Of a stretch of 64,000 nt of DNA, positions 1 through 10,137 are shown piece after piece (the first letter of the stretch is position 1; every line of letters begins with the position of its first letter). Origin of the DNA: an uncultured Ectothiorhodospiraceae bacterium (lineage in GTDB: Bacteria > Bacteroidota > Ignavibacteria > SZUA-365 > GCA-2699105); contig CAYPBB010000004.1 in the NCBI GenBank assembly GCA_964408855.1, positions 51,764 through 115,763 of the forward strand, in the 5' to 3' direction. The position numbers were made by a program, and so were the translations under genes. The notes beneath the pieces are model-generated. The model was not told where the DNA came from. It saw only the letters and a list, made by a program, of their open reading frames with translations, and did no database searches.

Positions 1-517
1 GGCGCCACCCGGAACTGCTGCCCCGAATCCGTCGCAAACCGCTTTCGAACATGCCGTTCATGACGCGCATCTGTATGCGATGTTTGCCTCGCTTGCTGTC
101 GCGCTGGCAGGTATTCTTCTTGCCTTCGGCATCTACACCAGGAAATTGATCGATATCGACGCGTTAACGCAAAAGCTCCAGCCGGCGCATACCTTCTTAT
201 CGAAAAAGTGGTTTTTCGATGAAGTGTACGAACAATGGATTGTCGTACCTATTGTCTTGATACTGAGCCGCGCCATGGCATGGTTCGATAACAACATTGT
301 CGACGGTGCGGTGAACGGGCTTGCCCGGCTGACCGAATTGAAATCGCGCGGCGCCGGGTTGTTCGACAAGTACGTGGTCGACGGCGGAGTCAACGCCGCC
401 GGGTTTACCGTCGGGTTCTTCGGACTGGTGTTCCGGAAAACACAGTCGGGAAAGGTGCAAACCTACATCGCCCTGGCCCTTGTCGGCATCGTCGTTCTGA
501 TGTATGCATTCCGCTGA
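1..517 (+). CDS. nuoL: NADH-quinone oxidoreductase subunit L, C-terminal fragment (gene starts upstream of window)
   Basis: Reading frame is open from position 2 and continues into ORF 80..517. Hydrophobic C-terminal segment typical of NuoL. Immediately followed by nuoM and nuoN. Confidence 0.75.
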   Translation, partial: APPGTAAPNPSQTAFEHAVHDAHLYAMFASLAVALAGILLAFGIYTRKLIDIDALTQKLQPAHTFLSKKWFFDEVYEQWIVVPIVLILSRAMAWFDNNIVDGAVNGLARLTELKSRGAGLFDKYVVDGGVNAAGFTVGFFGLVFRKTQSGKVQTYIALALVGIVVLMYAFR

Positions 518-571
518 TCTGATTTTGTGAATGAATAATTATTGTATGATAGCTTCCGATACGGAGGATTG

Positions 572-2152
572 ATGAACTTTCCTGTACTTACCCTGATCAC
601 ATTCCTGCCTGTGCTTGGGATGATCGCCGTCCTGCTGCTGCCGAAGGACAAGGAAAACTTGATACGGTACACGAGCGTAGCGGTGACCGCGCTTCAGTTA
701 ATACTGGCAATCGTCATCTGGGCTGGATTCGATATAACAAAAACCGGGGTCAACGATCAATCGACAATGCAGTTTGTCGAGCGCATCCCGTGGATTGTTA
801 TACCGGGCACGTCGTGGTTCGGCGAAATCCGCATCGATTATTTTCTCGGCATCGACGGAATTTCCATGCCGATGGTTCTTCTCACCGCGCTGATCAGCCT
901 TATCGCGAGCGTTTCGTCGTTCTCGATCTCGAAGTCGGTGAAAGGGTACTTTGCGATGTTCCTGCTGCTCGATACCGGTATGATGGGCGTTTTCTGCGCG
1001 CTGGATATGTTCCTCTTCTACGTATTCTGGGAACTGATGCTTCTGCCGATGTACTTCCTTATCGGTATATGGGGCGGACCCCGGCGAGAGTATGCGGCGA
1101 TCAAGTTCTTTATTTATACGCTCGCAGGGTCGGTTCTTCTTCTCGTGGTAATGATCGGATTGTATTTGACGACCATCGATCCGGCGACGAAGGCGCATAC
1201 ATTCAATATGCTCGCCATGATGGATCCGGCGAATATGACTTCAGGTATTTTTGCGACGGTCGGAAGCACTGCCCGTATGCTGGCGTTTATCGGTCTGTTC
1301 ATCGGTTTCGCTATCAAGGTGCCGATTTTCCCGTTCCATACATGGTTGCCCGATGCGCACGTCGAAGCGCCGACGGCGATTTCCGTCATTCTGGCAGGCG
1401 TCCTGCTGAAGATGGGAACCTATGGTTTGCTCCGTATCAGTTTCCCGATTTTTCCTGAAATGGCGAGGTACTTCCAGGAAGGAATGATTATTCTCGGCGT
1501 CGTGAACATCGTCTATGGCGCGTTATGCGCAATGGCGCAGACGGACTTCAAGAAGCTCATCGCTTACTCATCCGTTTCGCACATGGGCTACGTGCTTCTC
1601 GGAATGGCGGCGTTCAATTCGCAGGGAATGCAGGGCGCGGTGCTCCAAATGTTCAATCACGGCACGATCACCGCCATGCTCTTCCTTTTGGTCGGCGTGA
1701 TCTACGACCGGGCGCACACCCGCGGACTCAACGAGTTCGGCGGTCTATATAACAAGATGCCCGTGTATTCGTTCTTTACCGTTATCGCTTTCTTCGCGGC
1801 AATCGGCTTGCCGACGCTGAGCGGTTTCGTTTCCGAAGCCTTCGTATTTCTCGGCGCGTTCCGGGCGTCGATTGGGTGGACAATCGTCGGTACACTCGGT
1901 ATTGTGCTGGGAGCGGGCTATATGTTGTGGACATTCCAGCGCGTCTTCATGGGCAAGCTTCCCGAAAAATGGGAAAACGTCATGCCCGACGCCGACAAAC
2001 GCGAAATATTCATGTTGGCTCCGTTGACCATCGTTATTCTGTGGATCGGGCTTTTCCCCTCCACCGCGTTGAACTGGATGGCGGCTTCGGCCGGTCACCT
2101 GGCGCAGATCATTACTCACACTGCGAACACCGCTTCCATGAGCGGATTCTAA
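572..2152 (+). CDS. nuoM: NADH-quinone oxidoreductase subunit M
   Basis: About 526 aa polytopic membrane protein with the NuoM/ND4-type antiporter-like fold signature (HTWLPDAH, multiple TM helices). GGAGG RBS 5 nt upstream of ATG at 572. The ORF-track start at 542 is probably an N-terminal over-extension. Confidence 0.9.
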   Translation: MNFPVLTLITFLPVLGMIAVLLLPKDKENLIRYTSVAVTALQLILAIVIWAGFDITKTGVNDQSTMQFVERIPWIVIPGTSWFGEIRIDYFLGIDGISMPMVLLTALISLIASVSSFSISKSVKGYFAMFLLLDTGMMGVFCALDMFLFYVFWELMLLPMYFLIGIWGGPRREYAAIKFFIYTLAGSVLLLVVMIGLYLTTIDPATKAHTFNMLAMMDPANMTSGIFATVGSTARMLAFIGLFIGFAIKVPIFPFHTWLPDAHVEAPTAISVILAGVLLKMGTYGLLRISFPIFPEMARYFQEGMIILGVVNIVYGALCAMAQTDFKKLIAYSSVSHMGYVLLGMAAFNSQGMQGAVLQMFNHGTITAMLFLLVGVIYDRAHTRGLNEFGGLYNKMPVYSFFTVIAFFAAIGLPTLSGFVSEAFVFLGAFRASIGWTIVGTLGIVLGAGYMLWTFQRVFMGKLPEKWENVMPDADKREIFMLAPLTIVILWIGLFPSTALNWMAASAGHLAQIITHTANTASMSGF

Positions 2153-2193
2153 CGACGTGCGCATCTATCACAATGATTGAGAACTCCTGAACT

Positions 2194-3693
2194 ATGGAAG
2201 TCACCTACCAGAGCCTCCCGTTCATCGTACCCGAAATCATCCTGGCGTGTACCTTCGTTCTTGCGATGATAGCCGAGTTCGCGTTCAAACGGAACAAGTA
2301 CGCAACGCCCGCGCTTGTGCTGATAGGATTTGCCGCGTCGGGTATCGCATTGACGGCGATGGACGCAACGCCGCGCGCGTTGTTTTATGGGATGTACGCA
2401 GTCGATCCGTTCAGCGCGTTTTTCAAGTATTTCATTATCGGCACGGCAATCGTCATCGTTCTATTTTCGCTCCAATCGGGCGAATTGAAACGCGAACAAA
2501 CGCACAGCGGAGAGTACTATTGCTTCATCGCGGCAGTCGCATTCGGGATGGTGCTGATGTCGGGCGCGAACAATCTGTTGATGATGTACCTGGCAATCGA
2601 AGTATCGAGTATCAGTTCTTACATTCTTGCCGGATTCAGCAAATCGAATCCCCGGTCGGGCGAAGCCGCACTGAAATATGTGATCTTCGGCGGCGTCTCC
2701 AGCGGCGTGATGATCTACGGTATTTCGTTGTTGTACGGGTTGACGGGGACGCTCGATATTCAAGGTGTGCGTCTGGCGCTCGCGTCGGGAACGGCGATAT
2801 CGAACGCGTGGGGGTTCGTGGTGCTCATCGGTTCCATGGTGTTGATCCTCGCAGGTCTCGGCTATAAAATCAGCGCCGTTCCATTTCATTTCTGGACTCC
2901 TGATGTATACGAGGGCGCACCCATTACCGTGACAGCTCTTCTCGCCGTCGCCAGCAAAGCTGCGGGATTCGCGCTGCTAATCCGGTTCTTCACCGCGACC
3001 TTTTTCGACACCTTCACCGCCGAGGGCGTGTGGAAATCGTTCGGCGGCATCAACTGGCATCTCTTGCTCGCCGTTCTATCGCTCCTGACCATGACGATAG
3101 GAAACGTGGTCGCCATATGGCAGAACAATCTCAAACGTATGCTTGCGTACTCGAGTATTGCCCATGCGGGGTACATGCTCATGGGAGTCGTGGTGTTGAG
3201 CAATACCGGACTTTCCTCGGTGATGGTGTATTTCATGACGTATTTCTTCATGAATCTCGGCGCATTCTATGTCGTGATGGTGATCGCCGACAAGACCGGT
3301 TCCGAAGATATCGATGCGTACCGCGGACTTGCGGCTCGTTCGCCGGTGCTTGCCGCCGGATTGACGGTATTTCTTATATCGCTCACCGGTCTGCCGCCGA
3401 CGGCAGGGTTTATCGGAAAGATGTTCCTCTTCCTTGCCGCCGTCGAAACGCCGTATCTGTGGCTTGTCATAGCCGCCGCAGTCAATACGGTCTTTTCGCT
3501 TTACTACTATGCCCGCGTCATGCGCAATATGTATCTGCGTGAGCCGTTGGACGGCGATCTCAGCCCGTTGAAATTCAGTCCGCTTGTACTGACGGTCGTT
3601 GTTGCGTTCATCATTCCGACAATTCTTTTCGGCGTGTTCTGGCAGCCGCTTGTCGAATTCGCTCAACGATCCGTGCATATGTTTCTGATGTAG
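2194..3693 (+). CDS. nuoN: NADH-quinone oxidoreductase subunit N
   Basis: 499 aa polytopic membrane protein with the NuoN/ND2 antiporter-like pattern (FHFWTPDVYEGAP). Follows nuoM in conserved order. Confidence 0.9.
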   Translation: MEVTYQSLPFIVPEIILACTFVLAMIAEFAFKRNKYATPALVLIGFAASGIALTAMDATPRALFYGMYAVDPFSAFFKYFIIGTAIVIVLFSLQSGELKREQTHSGEYYCFIAAVAFGMVLMSGANNLLMMYLAIEVSSISSYILAGFSKSNPRSGEAALKYVIFGGVSSGVMIYGISLLYGLTGTLDIQGVRLALASGTAISNAWGFVVLIGSMVLILAGLGYKISAVPFHFWTPDVYEGAPITVTALLAVASKAAGFALLIRFFTATFFDTFTAEGVWKSFGGINWHLLLAVLSLLTMTIGNVVAIWQNNLKRMLAYSSIAHAGYMLMGVVVLSNTGLSSVMVYFMTYFFMNLGAFYVVMVIADKTGSEDIDAYRGLAARSPVLAAGLTVFLISLTGLPPTAGFIGKMFLFLAAVETPYLWLVIAAAVNTVFSLYYYARVMRNMYLREPLDGDLSPLKFSPLVLTVVVAFIIPTILFGVFWQPLVEFAQRSVHMFLM

Positions 3694-3712
3694 CCGGCAG
3701 GGAGAGTCCCGT

Positions 3713-4744
3713 ATGAAATACAAGCTATTTGGGCGGTGCGGACTTCGCGTATCCGAGCTGGCCCTCGGAACAATGACGTTCGGCGAAGAGTGGGGATGGG
3801 GCGCTTCGAAACAGGAAAGCAAACGTGTGTTCGATTTGTACGCGGAAGCGGGCGGCAATTTTATCGATACCGCCAACCGCTACACGAACGGTACCAGCGA
3901 ATCGTATGTCGGCGAATTCATTGCTTCCGACAGGGAGCACTTCGTCGTCGCGACTAAATATTCCCTATATACACGCCACGGCGATCCGAACTTCTGCGGA
4001 AATCACAGGAAGAATCTCGTCCAGGCGCTCGATGCGAGTCTGCGGCGGCTGAACACTGAGTACATCGACTTGTATTGGGTGCATGCCTGGGATTTTACCA
4101 CCGCGGTAGACGAGGTACTCCGAGCGCTCGACGATGCGGTACGCTCGGGGAAGGTGCTTCATATCGGCGTATCGGATACACCGGCATGGATCGTTTCTCA
4201 AGCGAATACTATTGCCGAACTCCGGGGGTGGACACGTTTCGCCGGGTTGCAAATCCGGTACAGTCTTCTCGACCGTACCGCCGAACGGGATCTGCTTCCG
4301 ATGGCGCGCTCCTTCGAACTGGCTGTTACGCCCTGGAGCGTTCTCGGCGCAGGCGTGCTGACGGGAAAATACAACAGCGACCCTGCCGCGAAAGGCCGCG
4401 CTGCGCTTTCGAAACCGGTGGACGATGAAAAATTGCGTATCGCCGCAGTGGTCGGCGAAATTGCGAATGAAAACGGATGCACCCCAGCCGAAGTCGCCAT
4501 CAATTGGGTGCGTCAACAGCCTGGAATAATAATCCCGCTCATCGGCGCTCGTTCTGCCGAGCAGCTTCAATCGAGTCTCGACGCTGTGAACACAAGCCTT
4601 ACCCCCGGCCAGATCGTCAGGCTCAGCGAAGCGACCGCCTTCCCGCCGGGGTTTCCGCACGACTTCCTGGAATCGGATGGAATCCGGGATATTGTGTACG
4701 CTGGGACTTATTCCGATATTATCAATCACAGGATGGCAACATAG
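3713..4744 (+). CDS. aldo/keto reductase family oxidoreductase
   Basis: N-terminus KLGxxGLxVSxLxLGTMTFG and downstream AKR-like motifs. Length 343 aa. RBS GGGAGAG upstream. Confidence 0.85.
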   Translation: MKYKLFGRCGLRVSELALGTMTFGEEWGWGASKQESKRVFDLYAEAGGNFIDTANRYTNGTSESYVGEFIASDREHFVVATKYSLYTRHGDPNFCGNHRKNLVQALDASLRRLNTEYIDLYWVHAWDFTTAVDEVLRALDDAVRSGKVLHIGVSDTPAWIVSQANTIAELRGWTRFAGLQIRYSLLDRTAERDLLPMARSFELAVTPWSVLGAGVLTGKYNSDPAAKGRAALSKPVDDEKLRIAAVVGEIANENGCTPAEVAINWVRQQPGIIIPLIGARSAEQLQSSLDAVNTSLTPGQIVRLSEATAFPPGFPHDFLESDGIRDIVYAGTYSDIINHRMAT

Positions 4745-4758
4745 CATCTACCGAATGA

Positions 4759-5124
4759 GTGGATAAGCACGAGAGCTCGATGAATCTTGGATCGATTCCA
4801 TACGAAGAGTTTTTAAGCGAAGTCAAACTTCGCGTTTGTTCGCTTTGCTCCAAAACCGGAGCCGACGGACAATGCACCATTACAGGAACGAAATCCTGTA
4901 CGGTTGAACGTCATCTGCCGAAGATCATCCAGGTTGCGAACATGATCAACAGCAACAACGTCGACGACTACGTGTCTGCGTTCAGGGAACATGTCTGCCG
5001 CGACTGCCGAAAGGATGGGGACACGCACTGCACCGTCAGGGAATCGGATGCATGCGGCCTCGATAAGTACTTCCCGATCGTCGTCGAGGCGATCGAGGCG
5101 GTTCAGCGGCGGTACGCTCGGTAA
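4759..5124 (+). CDS. hypothetical small Cys-rich protein (multiple CxxC pairs, possible metal-binding)
   Basis: 121 aa ORF with CSLC, CRDC and C..C motifs. Tightly spaced after the AKR gene. No recognisable family. Confidence 0.4.
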   Translation: MDKHESSMNLGSIPYEEFLSEVKLRVCSLCSKTGADGQCTITGTKSCTVERHLPKIIQVANMINSNNVDDYVSAFREHVCRDCRKDGDTHCTVRESDACGLDKYFPIVVEAIEAVQRRYAR

Positions 5125-5311
5125 CACCGGGCGGCTGCTGAGATCCGCCCGTGGAATAATCGGAAAAAAGTGCAACGCTACCGGAACCTCCGGTAATCCT
5201 CGCTGGTACAATTCACAGAACGATTGATGATTGCTTGAACAACGGAACCCCTGCGTTCCCGCGCCAACCCGTCTGATGAATTTCTGTACAATTTACTAAT
5301 GAGGATTTCCG

Positions 5312-7012
5312 ATGAATACGATTGAACGCCGTATCAAGGCATCGCTGTCTTTTGTCCTGATTGCAGGATTACTGGTTGGGTGCGGGACGTCGGGGGACAA
5401 CGGACCGATAACCGAACGTCCGACCGAAGAAGAGGTACAACAGCCGGCGACGACGGTTCCGGCCGCTCCGTTGCGCGACAAGGAAGGGAAACTTGAATCG
5501 CGCTTGATGATGAAATCGCTCTCCACCAATGAAATGAGCGTCGCAGGTGGAGTAGCCAGGCAAAACGATGCGATGGATCAGGACTGGAACACCGAATCGT
5601 ACGACGTCATTAACGAAAACCAATTTCTCGCGCCGGCGCACAATCCGCTTTCGACGTTTTCCATCGATGTGGATGCCGCCAGCTATTCGAATGTCAGAAG
5701 GTTTGTCACGGCAAGTCAGAAACCCCCGAAGGATGCCGTGCGTATCGAGGAGCTTGTCAACTATTTTACGTACGATTATCCACAGCCTTCGGGCGAACGC
5801 CCGTTCAGCATTACAACTGAAATCAGCGAATGTCCCTGGAATCCGAAACATAAGCTGGCACTGATAGGGCTGCAGGGAAAAAAGATCGAAAAGAAGAGTC
5901 TTCCCCCCAGCAATATTGTCTTTCTCATCGATGTGTCGGGGTCAATGGAATCGCCGCAAAAGCTCCCGCTACTCAAGCAATCGTTCCGTCTGCTGGTCAA
6001 CGAATTGCGGTCTGAGGACAGAGTGGCGATCGTCGTTTATGCCGGAGCTGCGGGACTGGTGCTGCCATCAACGGCTGGAGACGAGAAAACGCGCATTCTT
6101 GGAGCGATCGACCAGCTCAATGCCGGCGGATCGACCGCTGGCGGAGAAGGGATCAAACTGGCGTACAAGGTTGCGAAAGAAAACTTCATGCGGAACGGCA
6201 ACAATCGCGTTATTCTGGCGACAGACGGCGATTTCAATATCGGACCATCGAGCGATGCCGAAATGGTGCGCCTCATCGAAGAAAAACGCGAGGATGGGAT
6301 ATTCCTCACCGTGCTCGGTTTCGGGATGGGGAATTATAAGGATTCCAAGATGGAAAAGCTGGCGGATAAGGGGAACGGCAACTACGCGTATATCGATGAT
6401 ATTCTCGAGGCGAAGAAGACGCTTGTCAGCGAGTTTGGCGCGACACTGTTTACGATTGCCAAGGATGTAAAAATCCAGGTTGAATTCAATCCTTCCAAAG
6501 TAGCCGCCTACAGGCTCATCGGTTACGAAAACCGGCTGCTGAACAAGGAAGACTTCAACGACGACAAGAAAGACGCCGGCGAACTCGGCGCCGGGCACAC
6601 GGTTACCGCCATGTACGAAATTATCCCTGCAGGCGTGGAATCGCCGTACATCAAATCAGTCGACGATCTGAAGTACCAGAAAACCGCCCCCGACGCCAAT
6701 AAATCGAATTCAGATGAAATGATGACGGTGAAGCTGCGATACAAGGAACCCTCCGGTTCCGTCAGCAAGCTGATCGAGGTTCCTGTAAAGGATAAGCACA
6801 TAAAACTGTCAAACGCCTCCGAGAACCTCCGGTTCGCTTCGGCAGTGGCGGCATTCGGAATGCTGTTAAGGAGTTCCGAGTTCATCGGATCGTTCGGCTT
6901 CGAGGATGCTATCAAGCAGGCGAAGAGCTCGAAAGGCGGCGACGAAAGCGGGTACCGGCACGACTTTGTCAAAATGGCTGAACGTTGCCAATTACTATTT
7001 GCCGGCAGCTAG
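5312..7012 (+). CDS. von Willebrand factor type A (vWA) domain lipoprotein, YfbK/BatA-like
   Basis: Lipoprotein-type signal (LIAGLLVGCGTSG). MIDAS motif DVSGSM and vWA fold pattern. C-terminal region conserved in the YfbK family. RBS GAGGA. Confidence 0.8.
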   Translation: MNTIERRIKASLSFVLIAGLLVGCGTSGDNGPITERPTEEEVQQPATTVPAAPLRDKEGKLESRLMMKSLSTNEMSVAGGVARQNDAMDQDWNTESYDVINENQFLAPAHNPLSTFSIDVDAASYSNVRRFVTASQKPPKDAVRIEELVNYFTYDYPQPSGERPFSITTEISECPWNPKHKLALIGLQGKKIEKKSLPPSNIVFLIDVSGSMESPQKLPLLKQSFRLLVNELRSEDRVAIVVYAGAAGLVLPSTAGDEKTRILGAIDQLNAGGSTAGGEGIKLAYKVAKENFMRNGNNRVILATDGDFNIGPSSDAEMVRLIEEKREDGIFLTVLGFGMGNYKDSKMEKLADKGNGNYAYIDDILEAKKTLVSEFGATLFTIAKDVKIQVEFNPSKVAAYRLIGYENRLLNKEDFNDDKKDAGELGAGHTVTAMYEIIPAGVESPYIKSVDDLKYQKTAPDANKSNSDEMMTVKLRYKEPSGSVSKLIEVPVKDKHIKLSNASENLRFASAVAAFGMLLRSSEFIGSFGFEDAIKQAKSSKGGDESGYRHDFVKMAERCQLLFAGS

Positions 7013-7030
7013 CCGTAAACGGTGGTAACT

Positions 7031-7063
7031 ACAAACGGCTGACCTTTGTGGTCAGCCGTTTGT
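7031..7063. terminator. bidirectional intrinsic terminator-like hairpin between convergent genes
   Basis: Perfect inverted repeat ACAAACGGCTGACC / GGTCAGCCGTTTGT with a 5-nt loop, between the vWA gene stop (7012) and the minus-strand gene stop (7085). Confidence 0.5.
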
Positions 7064-7084
7064 ACGTTTACGCTGAATTGCGGA

Positions 7085-8005
7085 TTACAAGCCGCAGGCC
7101 CGGTACACTTCCGCGCGCGGCGGGTCGGCTTGTTCGAGCTGCTGCATGACAAGTTTCCGGTCCGGATATCCATCCAGGTTCGGGCAGAACTGTCCGGCGT
7201 TGCCTTCGAGCCACTGCGTCAGCAGAATCGACTGCGAGGTGCTTTCGGTCATCGTCTTGGTAACGAACTGCAGCGCCTTTACGATGCTTTGTTTTGCGGG
7301 TTCGGGTTCCGTCGTAATGAAATCGAGCCCTTCATAATAATACCAATACAGTGCCAGACGGTACGATTCCATCTTTGCGTTCAGAATCTCCGAAATGAGA
7401 TTCATCCGGCTGTATTGGTTGATCGAACCGCGCCATTCATTTGCGCGGGAAGAATTCTGCGAGCGTTGTGCGGCAATCAGGGCTTTCTGGTAATACGGCG
7501 TTCCCTGCAGCGGTTCCATGCTGTCGAAATCCAGTCCGACAATAAAGTACATATAAAAATCGAGCAGACTGCCGACCTCGCTGAACTGGTATTCGTTATG
7601 CGTGAGCGGGATATCCTTGTTGTAGAGGAACGACCAGTTCGGATCCATGATCTTGAAAATCAGCGTGCTGTTGTCCGTTTTCCGTCCGTCCACATATAGA
7701 CGGCGGGAGGAGAACACTGCGATTTGAGCCGTGAATTCGCCCGATTCGGTGCCGGACGTGAAGTTGATCTGAATGCTCACAGGGATCAGGTCCTGGTGGA
7801 ATTCGATGCTTGTCCACCTGAATTCCTCGATGTATTTACGAATGTGGCCATCGAATTCGATGAGCCTGTCCCGTACAGACGGCGAAAGCGCGTCTTTTGT
7901 GACAGTGAGGTCGAGTTGGATTTCCTGTGCAGAGGCGCGGTGACCCGCGGATATTGCCGCGATGAACAGGAGAAGGAAGAGCGTGTATTGTTTCATATAC
8001 TTCAA
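7085..8005 (-). CDS. hypothetical exported protein (signal peptide)
   Basis: 306 aa. N-terminal signal MKYMKQYTLFLLLFIAAISAGHRASAQ. No catalytic motif recognised. The plus-strand ORF 7046..7699 is antisense to it and rejected. Confidence 0.55.
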   Translation of the reverse strand: MKYMKQYTLFLLLFIAAISAGHRASAQEIQLDLTVTKDALSPSVRDRLIEFDGHIRKYIEEFRWTSIEFHQDLIPVSIQINFTSGTESGEFTAQIAVFSSRRLYVDGRKTDNSTLIFKIMDPNWSFLYNKDIPLTHNEYQFSEVGSLLDFYMYFIVGLDFDSMEPLQGTPYYQKALIAAQRSQNSSRANEWRGSINQYSRMNLISEILNAKMESYRLALYWYYYEGLDFITTEPEPAKQSIVKALQFVTKTMTESTSQSILLTQWLEGNAGQFCPNLDGYPDRKLVMQQLEQADPPRAEVYRACGL

Positions 8006-8165
8006 GGTTGATGCTTTGTTCTTTTAATATACTAAAAAACGAAAACGGTCTTCAAGGTAGAAACGCATAACCCGTACCGGGGTTGGCGCGGCGCGAGAAC
8101 ATTTTGTAGTTTACCCGACTGGAATTCGGCACAATCATCATATACCGACAGACGGAGACAGAAGC

Positions 8166-8948
8166 ATGGAAATGAAGAATATTGTTACGCAGGACGAAGG
8201 ACGTGTTCGCATTCTCACGATCAACAGACCCGAAGCGATGAATGCACTGAATAAAGAGACGTTGACGGAGTTGCGCAGAGCCATGCTCGATACCTACAAC
8301 GCCGCGTCCATCGATGCGGTTGTCATCACCGGGGCGGGCGAGAAAGCCTTCGTCGCCGGAGCCGATATTGCAGAACTCTCGAATGAAAATTCCGGCTCAG
8401 GCCGGCAATTCGCCCTCTTCGGACAGGAAGTGTTTCTCTCGGTCGAACGCAGTCCGAAGCCCGTTATCGCCGCGGTCAACGGATTCGCGCTGGGCGGCGG
8501 ATGCGAACTCGCGCTTGCATGCCATATCCGCATCGCGGCGGAGAACGCAAAATTCGGTCAGCCGGAAGTGAATCTTGGCATCATTCCCGGTTACGGCGGC
8601 ACGCAGCGGCTTCCGCGTATCATCGGACAGGGGAGGGCGAACGAATTGATCCTGACCGGCGCCATCATCGACGCGCAGGAAGCGTACCGGATCGGTCTGG
8701 CGAACCTGGTTGTTCCCAGAGGCGAAACGCTTGCCAAAGCAACAGAAATGGCGGCGCTTATCGGTTCGAAGGGACAGGTGGCGGTCCGCCATGCGCTTAT
8801 GGCGCTTTGCGCCGTTCAGGAGTCCAGCTTGCAGGAAGGATTGCGCCAGGAAGCAGCGCTTTTTGGACTGTGCTGCGGATCGGACGATTTCAAGGAAGGC
8901 ACAGCCGCATTTCTCGAAAAACGCAAACCTGATTTTCAGGGGAAATGA
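8166..8948 (+). CDS. enoyl-CoA hydratase/isomerase (crotonase) family protein
   Basis: Crotonase-fold motifs: RILTINRPEAMNAL, FVAGADI, GFALGGGCELALACH. 260 aa. Confidence 0.85.
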   Translation: MEMKNIVTQDEGRVRILTINRPEAMNALNKETLTELRRAMLDTYNAASIDAVVITGAGEKAFVAGADIAELSNENSGSGRQFALFGQEVFLSVERSPKPVIAAVNGFALGGGCELALACHIRIAAENAKFGQPEVNLGIIPGYGGTQRLPRIIGQGRANELILTGAIIDAQEAYRIGLANLVVPRGETLAKATEMAALIGSKGQVAVRHALMALCAVQESSLQEGLRQEAALFGLCCGSDDFKEGTAAFLEKRKPDFQGK

Positions 8949-10060
8949 GCGAATCAGATGTAGATCTTGTACGCCCGAAGACGGCAACGCTTAGGAACAG
9001 GCTTGAACGCGGATTTCGAATCCGGTTATGGATTGCGGGAATCCTTGCGGTTATTGCGTTGCTGCTGTATGCGGCGAATCAGTTTTATGCCGTCGTCATG
9101 CCCGATCTTTCCGCATTGAGCGAGCGCGAGGATCAGACCGCCCTACAGCGTATCGAAACGGAAGTGGTCGAGGCATTCAGGGGATTCGGGATTAAATCGA
9201 CATGGATCGAAAGGAAGGATTTTTCGCTTCCGGCCTATGGGAAAATCAGGACCGTCTGGAAGGTCTACGCACCGCTGGACGTTCCGCTTGCATCGCTGAA
9301 CCAGGAACTCACGACTATCGCCGCAAAATATAACTCGGTCGCCGGCGCAAGCGAAAATTTGAAAACCGGCGAGGTTACCGTCCATATCAAACATGGTAAC
9401 ATGGTTGTATTCAGCGTGGATCTTATTCCCGATCCATCGAAACGAAGGAATGGAGGGAAGATCGCGATCCTGTTCGATGGTCTGGAAGGAGCCTCGGAAT
9501 CTGAAATCGACAGGCTGGCGCTCTCCACCGAACCTATCGCCTGCGTTTTCGAACCGACGCTGGATGTATATGCCCTGTACAACAAACTGAAAAGCGAAAA
9601 GAAGGAAATGGTGTTCCATTTCCACATCAACCCGGAGAAGAAAACGGAAGGGCGGTTCGAATTCCACGAGGATATGCCGCCCGGCGCAATCAAGCGGCGC
9701 ATCCGGTTCCTGCTCCAGAACTACCCGGATGTCGGCGCATACTACATCACCACCGAGCTGGTGCCAGGCTCGGCGGCAGAGAGTATGGAGGAAGAGCTAC
9801 GCGCACATGGACTTTCCCGCGTGGAGATAGACGACATGGTGTACCTCGACCGGTCGTTAAGCGAAGACCAGCTTTCCGCCCGGATGAACGACCTGGCTGC
9901 GATTTCAGCCAGACGAGGCATGGTTATCGGAGTGGTGCGCCTGGATGACGGTATGGTGGATTTTATATCCGACGAGATGATCAGGCTGAGAAAGAAGGGC
10001 TTCGATTGCTACCGGCTTGGACCGCTTCTTCGCGAAAAGGGCCGGCTTTCGGTGAACTGA
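8945..10060 (+). CDS. hypothetical membrane-anchored protein, possibly YibQ-like divergent polysaccharide deacetylase
   Basis: Start overlaps the previous stop (ATGA). Single N-terminal TM helix (IRLWIAGILAVIALLLYA). KIAILFDGLEGA / HFHINPE segments resemble the divergent polysaccharide deacetylase family, but the assignment is weak. Confidence 0.45.
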   Translation: MSESDVDLVRPKTATLRNRLERGFRIRLWIAGILAVIALLLYAANQFYAVVMPDLSALSEREDQTALQRIETEVVEAFRGFGIKSTWIERKDFSLPAYGKIRTVWKVYAPLDVPLASLNQELTTIAAKYNSVAGASENLKTGEVTVHIKHGNMVVFSVDLIPDPSKRRNGGKIAILFDGLEGASESEIDRLALSTEPIACVFEPTLDVYALYNKLKSEKKEMVFHFHINPEKKTEGRFEFHEDMPPGAIKRRIRFLLQNYPDVGAYYITTELVPGSAAESMEEELRAHGLSRVEIDDMVYLDRSLSEDQLSARMNDLAAISARRGMVIGVVRLDDGMVDFISDEMIRLRKKGFDCYRLGPLLREKGRLSVN

Positions 10061-10137
10061 TGGGGATGGATTTTTACATTGGAGGGGATTGCTTCATTTG
10101 ATACTTTTGTGTACCTAAAAAATAATATCCCGAGATC

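Larger units (their letters stand above)
1..3693 (+). other. nuoL-nuoM-nuoN gene order, 3' end of a complex I (nuo) operon
   Basis: Three consecutive antiporter-like subunit genes in conserved order. Short intergenic gaps (24 and 41 nt). Confidence 0.8.

Noticed and set aside
7046-7699. 217-aa plus-strand ORF
   Set aside because: Antisense to the 306-aa exported-protein gene, which has a signal peptide and better coding character. Cys/Arg-rich spurious translation.
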